Position numbers and translations under genes: made by a program
Part shown: one piece after another, positions 40,101-55,100 of the stretch
Layout of the letters: each line of letters begins with the position of its first letter
How positions within the stretch are numbered: position 1 is the first letter of the stretch
Notes under the pieces: model-generated
Database searches by the model: none
Told to the model about the DNA's origin: nothing
What the model saw: the letters and a program-made list of their open reading frames with translations, nothing else
Source: Perna viridis
Taxonomy: Eukaryota
Assembly: GCA_037379345.1 (NCBI GenBank)
Contig: CM074522.1
Coordinates: 434,001 to 498,000 of the forward strand
Length of the DNA: 64,000 nt
Direction of reading: 5' to 3'

Positions 40101-43100
40101 GATTTACAGTACCTAAGTCCAATTATTACATTTACAGTACCTATGTCTAACTGCCATATCAGTTCGATAATTTTGTTATTACCCTTCGAAACATTTGGTC
40201 TTGGCACCTGGTATAGTTCATGTTGTCATCAAACAGACTACCTTTTTTTGTACCAACAGTTTGACAAAAAATTATTCTCAATTGAAAGAATAGCATTACT
40301 TAAAGTACAAACTTAGGGAGATGCTTGGACAAAACTAGGCTGAAAACATCAAAAATGGCTAAACATGAAGAGCAAAGCTTAAAACAAAAAATAACTAAAA
40401 AAGTAAACACAGATATGTTTGTTGTCAGAGTAGTTTTAAAACTGTTGACATTTTTCAAATATCACAAGATGCTATATGCCCATGCTTTGCCCAAAATTGC
40501 TTAGCAAAGTCTACCCCCCATGCACATAGAATACTCATAGGCAGAGCAAGTCCTGCCCCAACACTCATATACTCCAAAAGCTTAGCTAATTGGAAATCAC
40601 TGGAGTCAGCCTCCCCCTTTTTCAGAATTTAAGGATCTGCCACTGATCATACTTTTTATGAAGTTATCTTAATTGATAGATATAAAATGATATTTGTTTC
40701 TCAATTAGTATGCATGTACAGAAGTAGGTTTATATTTCATTTGACAGTCTGTGAATTTTAAAGTATTACATAAGTTATTTAGCCTTGGAATAGTAAACAT
40801 GTTTTTCATGCTTATGCATACATATTCTACCTGTGAAATCTGGTCTACTTTTAATGATGTTTTTTTCCTGTTACTTTTTTCGTTCTTGTTGATTGAAATG
40901 TCTACATGTGTTGGCTTATTTACAATTTTTTTTTAATGTATTATTTTTTCTTACCATAATTATATAAATAATAATCTTAGCCTGACTGACTTCTACTGTA
41001 TCTTACATCAGAGGTTATCATTTATAATGACTTTAACATTGTTTAAGATAAATATTGACATGTAGTGCTGACAGAGTCAATAAAGGGTCAGACTTAGGGT
41101 CATACTATTTGGCACCCAAACCTTAGAGTAGTACTTCAATTTAGGGGTAGGCAGATGGCAAAACAATTCTTTTTTTTTTTTTAACTTTGAACGAAGTGAC
41201 CATATAAGAGCTGGTAAGGCAGATTGTAATTATCAGTGATCAGCCTCTTCAACTGAAATTTGATATTAAACATTCAAATATGGAAATAAATTGAAGGAAA
41301 AAAGCAGATGGTAAAAATAATTAACTTTACTTCTACACATGAATATTGTTTATCTGGAATTATTGATCAAAATCATCATAGCTAGGAGAGGGGTTTGTGC
41401 TTTGTGGAAATCATATTAGATGATATCTATCCCTTCTTCCTCTAAACCCAGTCAAGTCCTCTTTATTATTAATTATTAACAAAAATTATAATAGTTTTCT
41501 GTTCCAACTTATCCTAGTGAATTTCCCTGCATGTCTCTGGTTTGCCTGAGTTTTACCTGAGCTTGTACTTTGATCTAAAGAATAATGTTATTAAGAAGGT
41601 CAGAAAGTTGATAACATGCTTTCAGAATGGTAAAATGGCTATTAAAAGTTTGTGTAAAGGCCTACCAATTAAAAGCCTTGACATTTATGTAAAGAAATGT
41701 TTTTCCTTGTCAGAGGAATGTTTATTTCTGAGGACCATCTTCTGCAAATGTTATAATTAGAGATACTACACATGAGTCTAGACCATGTCATATATTTAGT
41801 ACACAGAGATAGGCTAACTACAAAATTCATAACCAATTCTTAATTAATATAACCTCTTCTAATTTACTAGAAAGAATAAAATTCTACTCTTGATAACAGT
41901 TCTTTAACAGTCAGAATGATCATTTACTCCCTTTCAGCAAGTGGTTGGTCATGAACAGATTTATGGCAGTTTCGAAGTTGAGACAGAGAGTATCACAATA
42001 AGCCCAACAGGGGAAGATGTGATGTTCTGTCAAGACATTCAAAACTGGTAATATTATTATAAGTCACAGATGATTTAATGTATAGATGTCAATATTGCTG
42101 ATATTTTATAGTATCACAGCTTTAGCCTGAGATAGAAAATATCAGGTTTATGTAGTAATGAAAAAAAAAAAGGATAAAGTTTCTGAAAAATTGGAATCTC
42201 CTTGCTTAATTACTTCCTTTAATCTTTCACTCCATCTATTGGTTGTAGCTATTTTAGCTTTTAATTTGAAATTAAAAAAAAATAAAGGCATACATGTAGT
42301 AGTCTATTGTATTATGACTAGTTTTCCTCTTTCATGTCTATGCTGAGATTTCTACATTGACAAGACTAAGGGGTAGTATAATATAAAAAAAATCTAAAAT
42401 GACAAGAACTGGGAACAAAATTAAAACTTACTACTTACATGTGAGGAATTCCAAAAATGATGCCATAAGACAACAACTTTAAATTCCTCCAGTAAGGAAA
42501 TGTCTACAATGATTTAATTTACGAATCAATCGCTGGGCAGATCAATAGAGATCCTCGTCAATAGACAATATTTATGATATCTCCACCCTTTGTAAATAAC
42601 AATTGTTTGTTAAAATTCAATTTAACTTTTAAAGCAGCTTACACACAATAGAAGGGTCTCTAAAGTTTAAAGTCATAAGATTAATATTTAAATGTGTACT
42701 ATGATGTAAGGTTTCAATCCTTCATATGTGTACTGTGATGTAAGGTTCCAGTCCTTTATATTTGTACTGTGATGTAAGGTTTCAGTCCTTTAGATGTGTA
42801 CTGTGATGTAAGGTTTCAGTCCTTTATATATGTACTGTGATGTAAGGTTTCAGTCCTTTAGATGTGTACTGTGATGTAAGGTTTCAGTCCTTTATATGTG
42901 TACTGTGATGTAAGGTTTCAGTCCTCTAAATGTGTACTGTGATGTAAGGTTTCAGTCCTCTAAATGTTTTGATTGTAATGCTTTTCAATTTAATCAGTTG
43001 TCAGACCAGAAACTTAAGAAGAAGGGGCTATAATTTGCTCATTTTTTGCAAATGTTTCCAAACTGAGATGGGATTCCAACCCTCGAAACCCTCCCCCTTG

Positions 43101-46100
43101 ATCTGCCATCACAACATTTGGGACTTTAAAAAGTGGGGAAATGATCCAACTGTAGTGAGACTAGCTTCTCCACAACAAAGGAAAAAAAAGATGTCTAAAA
43201 TGCTTAGAGTTATCTCCCTTGGTTTGATGGTTGGGTGATGTGAGGACAGGTCTATTGGGAATGCTGTGTTATATTGATTACAAATGTGTAATGATTTAAG
43301 TGATTAATTATTCTGACAGTTCTGTCTTCAGGGCAACTGATGCTGAGCTTGCTATTTACTCTCACTGAGCTTTTTATGAGGGGTTCAGGAAAGGGGATTT
43401 TTTTATATGACAAAAATTATAAAAGAAAGGTCTTCTGCACAGATATTTTAAAACATCTAGTTAAAAAGATTGAGTCAATGTGTATGAGACACTATAAATA
43501 TCACAACTTATAATCATTATTCACAATGAACTTTTAATTAGGGGTTCCGGAAAAAAGGATTTTAGATGTGATAAAAAATTGAAAAAAAATATCTCTCGAA
43601 CAATTTAAGAGATTGAAAAGTCTTAAAAAGATTAAATATATTATACAATTATCTTGGGAGATACTTTGTGTACTTTTATGTATACATTGTTGTGCTACAG
43701 GATTCAGTAAAGCTTAAGAATTGATTTTAGTGTTATAAAGGAAATGTAAAGCATTGATCATACTGTCACAACTGTCATTTGAATTACATGTAAGAGTTGT
43801 AATGATTGCTCTGGACAAGTGGAAAGGGTTGTTTTGAATGGGAGGCTTTAGAAAACTTGGGATAAGTGGAAAAGTAGAATGATGGAAAGTTGTTGTGGAT
43901 CTAAGGTTTGAAAGCTTGGGATTGGTGGCAAAGGCAGAAAGAAGGGAAAGAGTTTAATGGATAGAAGGCTAGAAACCTTTGGATGGGTAGAAAAGTCAAT
44001 TAAGGGGGATGCATGTTTAGAATGAAGGCTAGAAAGCTTTGGAGAGGGGGTAGTCAGAAAGGAGAGAAGGATGTTGTGGGAAAAGCTGAAAACAGGGAAG
44101 GGCAATGTGGATGGAAGGCTAGAAAGCTTGAGACGAGTGAAAAAGGCTGTAAAAGGAAGGTTGTTGTGGCATGGGAAGGGGAGGGGGAGTTTGAAAAGAA
44201 TAAAGTGAATTTTATAAAAGATAGATGTATTTGGTTTTGATAAATGTTTACAGAAATGATCAAGTGCATGTTAATATGTTAATTATATAAAAGATAAATG
44301 TATACTTTAAAACATAATTGGGAGAGTTTCAAGTTAGAAAAAAGGTTTTTTATTTAATTCAGTGGCGGATCCAGGGGACCCCGGGATGCCTAGGGCCCCC
44401 TTAGAAACTTGCAATTTTTAAAATTGTTGAGGAATTGTTCAAGATATTCTCAGAATGTAGGATTTGAGGCTTAATATTTCAAAATTTTCTCCCTAGCAAA
44501 TTTTTTTGGGCACCCAACCTCCCCCCCCCCCCCCCACCAAAAAACTCTGGATCCGCCACTGTAATTAGATTCAGGCATTCAGGAAAATAGGACTGAAAAG
44601 GGAGAGCTTGAAAGAGTAAATGAATTTAATTATTAATCATGAAAAGGTTAGAGATTATATGATCGATCATAGCGTCCAATCATTCTTACAAGGAATACTT
44701 ATGTCATAGCTCTATCTTAATGTCCCTAATTAATCTCAGCTACATTAACATGATTAAATTATTGTGGGTATATAATTTCTAGTTTTGAAGTTGCTCTGAC
44801 ACCTTTTTTTTTCTAACCCTTTCATCATGTTCTTCTTTTTTATCACCCCAGTGTGATAAATACCACACATCAATATTCTCCCATTGCCTTTATACATCAA
44901 ACGCCCAACAAAACCTATTAATCTGTAATAAAGTATCTGTTTTGTTTAAGAGTTTGACCCTGTGACCTTCCACATCTCTAATTAAAACATGTTTTTTTTC
45001 TTATCAGCCTTAAAGCTGCATGTCAGTGTAGATTGTATAGAACATGCACAAGAGCTGTGCAAATTTCTCTTGTAAGATGGTACAAATGATCAATTGTTTG
45101 TGGGAACATTATAGAAAGGGGAATGTAATGCTAGCATTTTATCTTATTGATATTGCATGCAATGAACATTTTTGTGATGAAATATAAATTATTTGTGATG
45201 TTTTAAAGTCAAATAATGATAGAAAAAATAGAGAAAAAAATATTCATTTTATTTCATATTCCTGAATGATAAAAAAAGCTTGAAAAGTATATGTTTCTTA
45301 ATCATTGGTAGATCCAAATGTGGGGTGGTTGGTGGGGTGGGGGATCCAGCAGTTGTAACCCCCTGTTGAAAATTCTGTTGTTATTTGAGCATTTTTGTTT
45401 GGCAAGCTCATTTTTGACCCCACTTGTACCTCCATGCTAATTTTTTTTTTTTTTTGGGGGGGGGATAATTTTTACCCAGATTTACCCTGAATGATTGAAA
45501 ATAGGACAGTAAATGTGGTATTTATAAAAATATATCAACAAACCCACCCCGACAATATGTATTTTTTTACAGAAGCATTACAAATGGGGATATACTTAAA
45601 ACCCCCTGTTAACTGGTACCATACATTACAGGTCATTGACTTGTATCATTTCAATACATAACATGCACCAGGTTTGCCATGTCGAATGTAAACCTCTTAC
45701 ATACATAGTTAGCATATCATCATAGATTTACATGCCTAACAGCTTTGCATATTTTTCTTGTCAATTCCTACAAATAATCTTGCATGCATAAGACTATGGA
45801 TGATAACAAATGAATTTTGGTGATATTGACTTGATGTTGTATATGTTTTGTCAGGCCTTTGTGGTGTCCACCCAGTGTGACTCAGTCTTTGTATACTTAT
45901 GATTTGTGGTCAAAATGAGGAAAAAAATGGTATACTGTACAGAGCTAATTGACAAAGCTAATTTTACTTACGTAAACTTTATTTATATAATAATACTTGT
46001 ATTTGAGAATTTTAGAAATATTAGGTTAAAAAGAATATCTTGGCTCCATTTGTCAGATGTGGGCTATAATGCAACAGTCCTAGTCAATTGGTCTGTTTGT

Positions 46101-49100
46101 TGGTTTAGTTAATTTGTTCTTTTGTTTAATCATTGATGTTTGTAGATCATGTTTTTCTAAACTTCTTTTGTGCAGAATAATTACATCTTACAAATAGGTT
46201 ATATTTTGTTCTGTAAATGTTGGAGGCCCCTTGATGTAAGCCCTAGCAAAAACTTTATTTTTTAAATCTTTTAATCTACTAAGAAGCTGTTAACCTTTCA
46301 ATTCAATCAGCACTTGAAAATTATGAAAATAAAAAGTAACTGAACAAAAATCATCAATTATGGATGATCTTGATGCTTTGTAATTGAATTGTTGCAAAAC
46401 ACAACACGGCGAGTTATTGATCATTCAAAATGAATTAAATCAAGTGAGCGATTTCATGCAGCAATCGTTGAAGCATGAATAAGTGATGATTCAGTACTGC
46501 CACTGTTATTTTCACATTCCATTATAAATACATTATTTTTTTGTGAACTGTAGAATTCTTCAGGTTCTATAGAATAACAACATGATATATATTTGGTGAA
46601 AAATAAGGGTAGTAGAAATATCTTGTTCCATGATAAAGCAGAATCCTCACGGTTGTTCCATGATAAAGCAGAGTCCTCACGGTTGTTCCATGATAAAGCT
46701 GTCCTCACGGTTGTTCCATGATAAAGCTGAGTCAACCCTACTAGTTATTCCCCTCTCAAGGCATTCAGACCCCCCTATATAATGTCTCAACTTGCTCTAC
46801 CAAAAACTAATTGCCCCTAATTCCTTGATATCTACAGTTAACTTGAGCAAATTTAAACTGATGGCTATGACAATTTTAATTCTCTGACCATTACTAATGG
46901 TGACTTAGGCCATTTTCATATCTTTTCTCCTCACTTTTAAAGCTCTGTCTTAACCTGCCCTTCCAGACACTAATTGTCCCTAATTTCATATTATCCACAG
47001 TAAACTTGAGCATATTAAAACAGATGGTCCTGATGGTGAATAATTAGCTGTGATATCAGCTGATCTGATTTACCAGACAGTTTGATGTCTCACAACATTC
47101 ACTATTTATTGATATTTCTGTAATAGAATATTCACAGGTCTTCCTATTTCAATGTTCAGAATAAATACCCATGACCTTGGGAAATTTTTCTTCTTAGTTT
47201 TCATGTAAGTTCCTTTGGCTCTAGATTCACTGTTTGTAAATTGATTATGTTGTAAATACATTCAAACTGAAGAAATCAGAGAGGGGCTGGTAGATATTAT
47301 ACTGAAAAAATCAGAGGGGGGGGCTGAAAGATATGATGTAAATCTATGTTAATGTTGTTAACATATTGGACAGATCCAGGATTTCAGATTAAGGGGCATT
47401 AATAGAATTAAAAGCAGGGTGAAGCCCCATATTTAGGGGCATTTGCCTGGTATACCTTGTTTGGATCCGTACTGTTCATTTAGGAATGTAATTACTTTTT
47501 TTTATCATAGAGTATGCCCATGTTCCCTCATCTTACAGTCCTTGAACCGATCCACGCAATGATTTGACGGATCGATGACTGTTGACTGATTTATCACAGA
47601 ATATACCCATGTTCCCTCATCTTATATGTGATCCTTCCTACCCCTACTATTAATCAAACCAACTCAGTGAGAAATCCTGAAATTCCAAAAGGGGGTCAAT
47701 CATCTGGTCTGAAAAGGAGGGCCACCAGTGATATGGGAATCAAGACGGAATATAATGACAATTCATACAATTGATTTCAACTAAACATTATCAAGAAATG
47801 TAGACTGTGTATTGAATCGATGCATGCCAAAGAGGAAAGTGTGGATGGTAAATTTACCATGCTGTTAGATAACCATCTATTACAGCATTATGTACCTCTT
47901 CCTTTGATAAAGTTTGAATGTAACCTATCAATTGATTCCCCTCTACAATTTTTATAAATGCAAAATATGCTATCAACTAAATTTGTATCATATTTGATGA
48001 ACATTTTTCAATTTATGTACAAGTTAGGTGTAAAAACATATATTCTGATATAATACCAGTTATCCCATTAAACATGCTTTCACATAAAACCTACCATTAA
48101 AAAATGGAATAAAAATTCTATGAAATTGTTAAAAAAAATGCTAACTACCTGCTGGAAGATGTTTGTTGTTACATCAGCTGTTACTATATTGATTTTCTCT
48201 TTATAATCCTTTACACATTGACTTGTCATCCATTCATGATTATAGAACTGCCAGAGAATTCCTTAAACCACTCAATCTTATCTCCTGATCTCTACAAACC
48301 TGACTTGTTTACAAATGTCTTTCATGTTATCTTGTAGATAGTATGCCCCTAGGAACATCTTACATCTTTATGTTTCACATGTTTTGTAATTTGAATTGCT
48401 GGCTGGCCTTATTTTAATGTATTTTGATTGACTGGTTGGGCAGGTCACATGATAGGGATGAAATATACAAACATTGGTCACCTGATACATAAAAGGTTAT
48501 TTTTAGAAAAAACACATGGCTTGTTAAATAACAGGATAATAACACTTACAAATTGTTTCCTTTATATTTATGATGATATATAAAGTTAAATATTATTGAT
48601 TTAAGATGGACTAAGATGTAAACTGACTCCTTCAGGGGATAAAGACAATTAATTTACCAATTCCGTAATTTCATTATTTTATTTTATCATTACCTCAGGG
48701 AACTGGTACAATAAAGCTTGAGTTATTATAGTAAGTATCCATAAAATTTTACAGAAATTGTTTCATATTACAACTCTGGCTACCATACTTCCCTTGGTAG
48801 TCAGTGGAATGTACAGGACTTGATTTTTTAGTGATATCAATTGTAACAAGCCATGTTTGAATAAGCAATAATTCTGTCAATAAAGATACAAACACAACTC
48901 ACAGAAATAGAGGTACATGATAAAGTAAGTTTTGGATTCTCACTTTTGTTTATTGAATGCAACCTGTTTAACAATCTCCAACTTGTTGTTTGATAGAAAT
49001 CATTTTTCACCGATTCCCCTGAGTTTGATCTAACTGTATGGTATTATCTATAGGTGATAGATAGTTTTATATATACACCCTATACTACGTATTTTTAACC

Positions 49101-52100
49101 AAGATAACTCAAGCTGTGAAGTTTCAGGTTTGACGTGATAGAGATGTACTTTGTGATAGGAATTATATATAATTAAGGTCTGAAACAGGGTGAATTAGCT
49201 GTAGGAAGATTTCAGTTGGAGATAGGGGAAATTAAGAGAAGAGAAAAACACCGACAAGTTTGATACATGAAGGTGCAACTACTAAAAGGCAACAAAAGTA
49301 GATGTAAAAAATACAATGATTGACCAAAAGGTTCAGAGTAACTTCACAAAACATTACACCTATGTAAATTATAGTTCATCTCTTGGAAAGATAAGCATAT
49401 AGAAATGTTTTATGGAATTTATACTTTGTATATTCATTGAAAATCCCCAATAAATGAATAAGATTTTTTATAGTGGGGAGGGGTTATTTTTATACCACCC
49501 TCAACAAGAGGGTGGTATATTAAAATCACATTTTCTGTCTGTCATTCTGTATGTCTGTTTGTCTGTCTGAATTTCATTGCAGTTGTCTCAGCTCCCAATG
49601 GATGGATTGATCTCAAATTTAGTGTGAAGTTTCATATAGGTGGGGCATAAGTTGTAAGTCATTTTGGGTGCTGTCTGATATCAACTTCCTGTTTTTTTTA
49701 CTTAGCTGCTTTTTACTATATTAAATGATAGGGATGTTTTTGTCACAATAATCACCGCTCTCAGTGGATGGATTTGTTTCAAATTTGGTATTTGGCTTTA
49801 AAAAGATTGGGCATATGTTGTAAGAGACTTTTGTTGCTCTAGATATCAACTTCCTGTACAAGTGTGGATATGCCTAGCATGATAAGGAGTGCAACTTTTA
49901 GTTCTACCTGACAAGTTATTTTGTATGGCATACATGTAAACAGAGAAAAAATAGATAGAACAACTATTAATTGTGAAAAGGAAAGATAGAAAAAAAGTTA
50001 AACAATAATCAGAAGTCAACTAGAAAATATTCAAATCAGAGAATGGGGAAAGATTATATAAAACAGAGAGGGGGGGTAACTCCTTATGGTAGATAATATT
50101 CTTTACTCTCTATAATATTTCTGTAAAGTTGAGTTATTGGTGATTTACTTGTTCCGATCTATACTTGGAGACTAAAATATTACCTTATTACATGAACTTA
50201 CCAAGTGCTGATTGATTTGAAGGAAACGTTTGTACAATACATAATAGAAAATATCTGTATTCCTAAACCATGTGTGATATTAGCTCTTCCTCTTAACTCT
50301 AGAAAAAAAAATACTGAGATCTGTTGTTTTGTAAGTGAACATCTGGTTGATAATTAATGTTTAATACCTACCTAACTATTGCTGATACAGTTATTTGGGT
50401 TTTTGTTGTGTACAGAACACTGGATTTAATAATAAAAAAAAACTATGAAAAGTAGAAATTACCCCCTTTTTATTCTTTAAAGAGAGGAAACATACTGTAC
50501 TGTCATTTGTCATTAATTTTTCATGTTTTTTATTCCTACACAAATATTGTTATTTCTTAAATTTTTGTTGGTTGCAGGCAAATGAATGCTTTAAAAAGTT
50601 TTTTTTCTATCTTTTTCTGTATAATGATTAAAATTGTGAGGAAAATAGTTTTTTGTGTGTTATTTTATATTTCTCAAAAATTATCATATAATTATGTTAT
50701 GATGCTGTTGTTGTTGTCCTCCTCATCGGTGTCATAGTCATTGTTGGTGTTTTTTTTTAAATATTTTTCGTTTCCATGCAATAACTTTTGAAGTTGTAGT
50801 GAACCAAATGTCATCAAATTTTGATATATCAATTGCTACTTGCCAGTAGAGGAAGCTTGCTAGTTTAAAAAGTTGTCATGTTATAAGTGGCCTATAATGG
50901 GATCATGCTCCAAAAAATTGTTCATTCAGTAGTTAAATATTTCTCAGAAGGGGCCAAAAATGTCATTTTTAGGAAGACTGTATTTTTTTTACATTTTTCA
51001 TCTGATTTTAACGAAATATTTTTGGTAAATTGTTCCTTTTACAAGGGTCTTAAATAGTGTACTAGCAAATTTCTCTATCTTAAATTGTTTTTTGAGATAA
51101 TGGGGTACAAAGTGATTCATGAAAGCACCCAGAACTTTTTACTTAAATTGAATTTCAAAATATTGTACAATATTGTATGCAAACTAGTTGTTAAATTCAC
51201 AGTGTCCATTCTGAACTGTAAGTCCCTATGTTTAAGTGTGTCAAAAACTAATACTGTGTCCACACTTGCCCCAAGTGAACAGAGTTCAACTGGCTGTGGT
51301 TGTATCATGCTGCACTCTGTAAAGTTTTTTATTATTATTTTTTATTTTTTGAATCTACGGATTTCACTAAACCATCGTATTTTTGAATGGAAATTATCCT
51401 TTTGGTTTTCTCAGCTTTGTTTCATCCATCCAGGGAACTCCCTCACTTGTACCTTCAATACTGTTACTGTAAAGAATTTTGTACAGAAGATTACACCTGT
51501 ACCATACTGATGTATTGATGTACCTATTCCTCTCAGACAATGAGGAGTAGGTAATTACTTGACTGTGATGTATCTATCTGCCCTGACAATGAACATCTGG
51601 TAGATAATGTTATGACTTAATGGATTACTGTAATCAATGTACTTATGCCATCTGTGGGAAAAAATGTCAATTCTCTTGTCATCTTAGGAATGTTACATCA
51701 GAGGGAGGATTTTCTGGGATTTGTCTGACTGTAAGATAATTTTGATATTTCAATGGAGGAAGAGGAATATTGCTAGGAGATAACTCTAGTTCTGTTGCTT
51801 GTAACAATTGTATAATGTAAACCTCCCAAAAAAACTTTTAATTGTATTTTAAGGAGGTAGACCTAGGGTAAGGGACATAACTCTTAAAAATCATTGGAAT
51901 GTTTGTATTCAGCATTTTACATCAATCTTATGTAAGCATCTACTTAACTTGGATTTATTTTATTCTGCTTCAAACCAAAGCTTGAGAGGCTTTTTGTGAA
52001 ACTGTATATGATGCAAACATATCACTGATTTCATGAGTTATGTTCCTTACCCTAGGTCTACCTCCTTTTAAAAATTGAAAAATTGAAGTCACCATGGACT

Positions 52101-55100
52101 TATCCAGAAATTTACCAAAAAAGGGGTTCCAGGCCATAATTTCCTTATTTTTGTCCAAATCATTGACAAAATTATAAAAAAGGGGGTCAGCCACTGAAAA
52201 TAGTTGCTTTTGACCATAATCTGAAGCTACCAATCAATATGACATGTCTTGTATACTCAGAAGACTAATATTCATCAAATCAAGCAATGTTGAAATGTTG
52301 AATGTTTGCCACTTTTGCTGGTCTGTTTGTTTAGAGTGAGAAATCATTCTTTTGATAATAAGAAAAAGTGAAACAAAAAAAAGAAAGATCAGTTCATTTC
52401 CTGACATCATTTAAAGTTCCTTTCAATGCATTTACAACCTGTGTAAACCAAACATCTGCTTTAACCTAAACAAAACTTTCAGGGTTTGGTTTAGACAGGT
52501 TTACTGATTATCCAGGGTTTGCTTCAGACATGTTTTCTGATTATTCAGGATTTGGTTTAGACAGGTTTTTTTGGGGTTATATGGAATTTGGTTTAGACAG
52601 GTTCTCTGATTATTTTAAGTTTGCTTCAGACAGGTTTTCTGATTATTCAGAGTTTGCTTAAGACAGGTTTTCTGATTATTCAGGGTTTGATTTAGACAGG
52701 ATTTTTGGGGTTATTTGGGATTTGGTTTAGACTGGTTTTCTGATTATTCAGGGTTTGGTTTAGACAGGTTTTCTAATTATTTAGGGTTTTGTTTAGACAG
52801 GTTTTCTGATATTTTACTAACAGCCTTAACATTAACTTAACATCAAGTGAACCAGAACTATTAGAAAACATACATTTCTTATGATGTCATGTGAACCAGA
52901 AGAAATATTCCTGAAGGCAGAGGTTATTTCTGTTAAATTATTTCTCAGTACTACACACATTAGTATACCATTAGGCAATTATGACAAAAATGATATCGTG
53001 GAATTCTAAGAATTGTATGAGTGAATTCTTGAATTTTTGGGAGGTTGCAGTCTTATTCTAAAGGTACACTGCATACTGTGAGTTTTTATAAGCTAAAAAG
53101 TGAAATTGTTTTTCAGAACAAAAGTTGAATTCACCGAACAAAAGTAGGAGTGTTTTATCTTTGTCCATGTTCCCATACGATACAATTTTTTCCATCACTT
53201 TTCTCAGCAACTACTTGTCACAGCAGCTTGAAATTTTAAGACATTATTCCTGTAGGAATGCCATGTAGTAGGATCCATTTTCAGAAAAAATTAAACAACA
53301 ACTTTCTGTTTATCGAGGATTTTTTTACTTTCTTATTTCATTATAGAGCCATTGCTAACAGATTTCTTATTATTCATAATTTTCTTGGATTTCAGGGTTT
53401 TCTTTGCCATTGCTTTTACTGCCATGGTTATTGGTCAGTCTACATCTTTCTTACCAGAGTATTCTAAAGCCAAGCATGCTGCAGGTCTGATATTCAAAGC
53501 TTTAGACACAGTTCCACCCATTGACATATACTCCAATAGAGGGACATATCTGGTAAGTATAATAAATATCCCCACCCTGTCAATATATACACTCCAATAG
53601 AGGGACATATCTGGTAAGTATTATAAATATCCCCACCCTGTCAATATATACACTCCAATAGAGGGACATATCTGGTAAGTATTATAAATATCCCCACCCT
53701 GTCAATATATACACTCCAATAGAGGGACATATCTGGTAAGTATTATAAATATCCCCACCCTGTCAATATATACACTCCAATAGAGGGACATATCTGGTAA
53801 GTATTATAAATATCTCCACCCTGTCAATATATACACTCCAATAGAGGGACATATCTGGTAAGTATTATAAATATCTCCACCCTGTCAATATATACACTCC
53901 AATAGAGGGACATATCTGGTAAGTATTATAAATATCTCCACCCTGTCAATATATACACTCCAATAGAGGGACGTATCTGGTAAGTATTATAAATATCTCC
54001 ACCCTGTCAATATATACACTCCAATAGAGGGACATATCTGGTAAGTATTATAAATATCCTCACCCTGTCAATATATTTACTCCAATACTGAGACATATCT
54101 TGTATGTAACCTTGAAGTGTTTTAAGTACCCAACTCTATCAATATATACTCCAGTAGAGGAACTCATCCGATAATTTGTAATAGTCGTGCTTAATCAATA
54201 GCTATTTTGAGTAGAAAAATGTACTCAGTATAAAAACATTCCAATATCACACTGTCTGTATGCCTGTTTGTAAGTACAGCTACCTCAAAGCTGCTAAAGA
54301 ATTTCAGTGAAATTTTGTTTAATTATTGGGTATCACATGTAGATATGCATAAGATAAGGTTATTTTTAAAATATTTCTTTTTTCTTTCAGCAAAAAGTAG
54401 GAGGTTTAGTAGAGTTTAGAGATGTCAGCTTCAACTATCCATCCAGACCTGATGTTCCAGTTTTAAAAGGAGTCAAAATGAAGGTAGAACCAGGTCAAAC
54501 AGTTGCCCTTGTGGGACAGAGTGGGTGTGGCAAATCTACCATTGTCTCATTGTTACAAAGGTTCTATGATCCTGAAACTGGCAACATTGTAAGTTTACAA
54601 TCACTCACTTCCTGAGTACTATGTACGTGTACTATTACCCCAGATAACTACACTACCTAAACAAATGATAGATAGAGTAATCAAGGGAACCAAGATTCCA
54701 GTGGTAATTGGAAGAATATAATCCAAGGTTAACGACTAGACAGGGAAAATAGACACACACAACAAACAACATGAAACAGTCAAAATAACATGTAAGAAGT
54801 AACATAAGTAAATGAGCAAGCTGGCCCCAGCGCCACAACAGTTTAAAAATACTTAATTCTGAGAATATTCATTACTTCCATGGTACCTCTGAACAGAGTC
54901 CTTGAAATTGATGATGTCACAAACAGTTGAGAATTTTCTCAGACTTAAGTAATTTTTTCAAGTTGTGTGGCACAGGTGCTAGGACTCCACGAAAAAATAG
55001 AAGCATGGACCAGGTGCACTGGTAGGGTAAGAGTTCTCTGCTTTTCTAGAAACAACCTCCAAGTTGCTCCTAAAATGTCATGTTCAGGATAGACAGAAGA

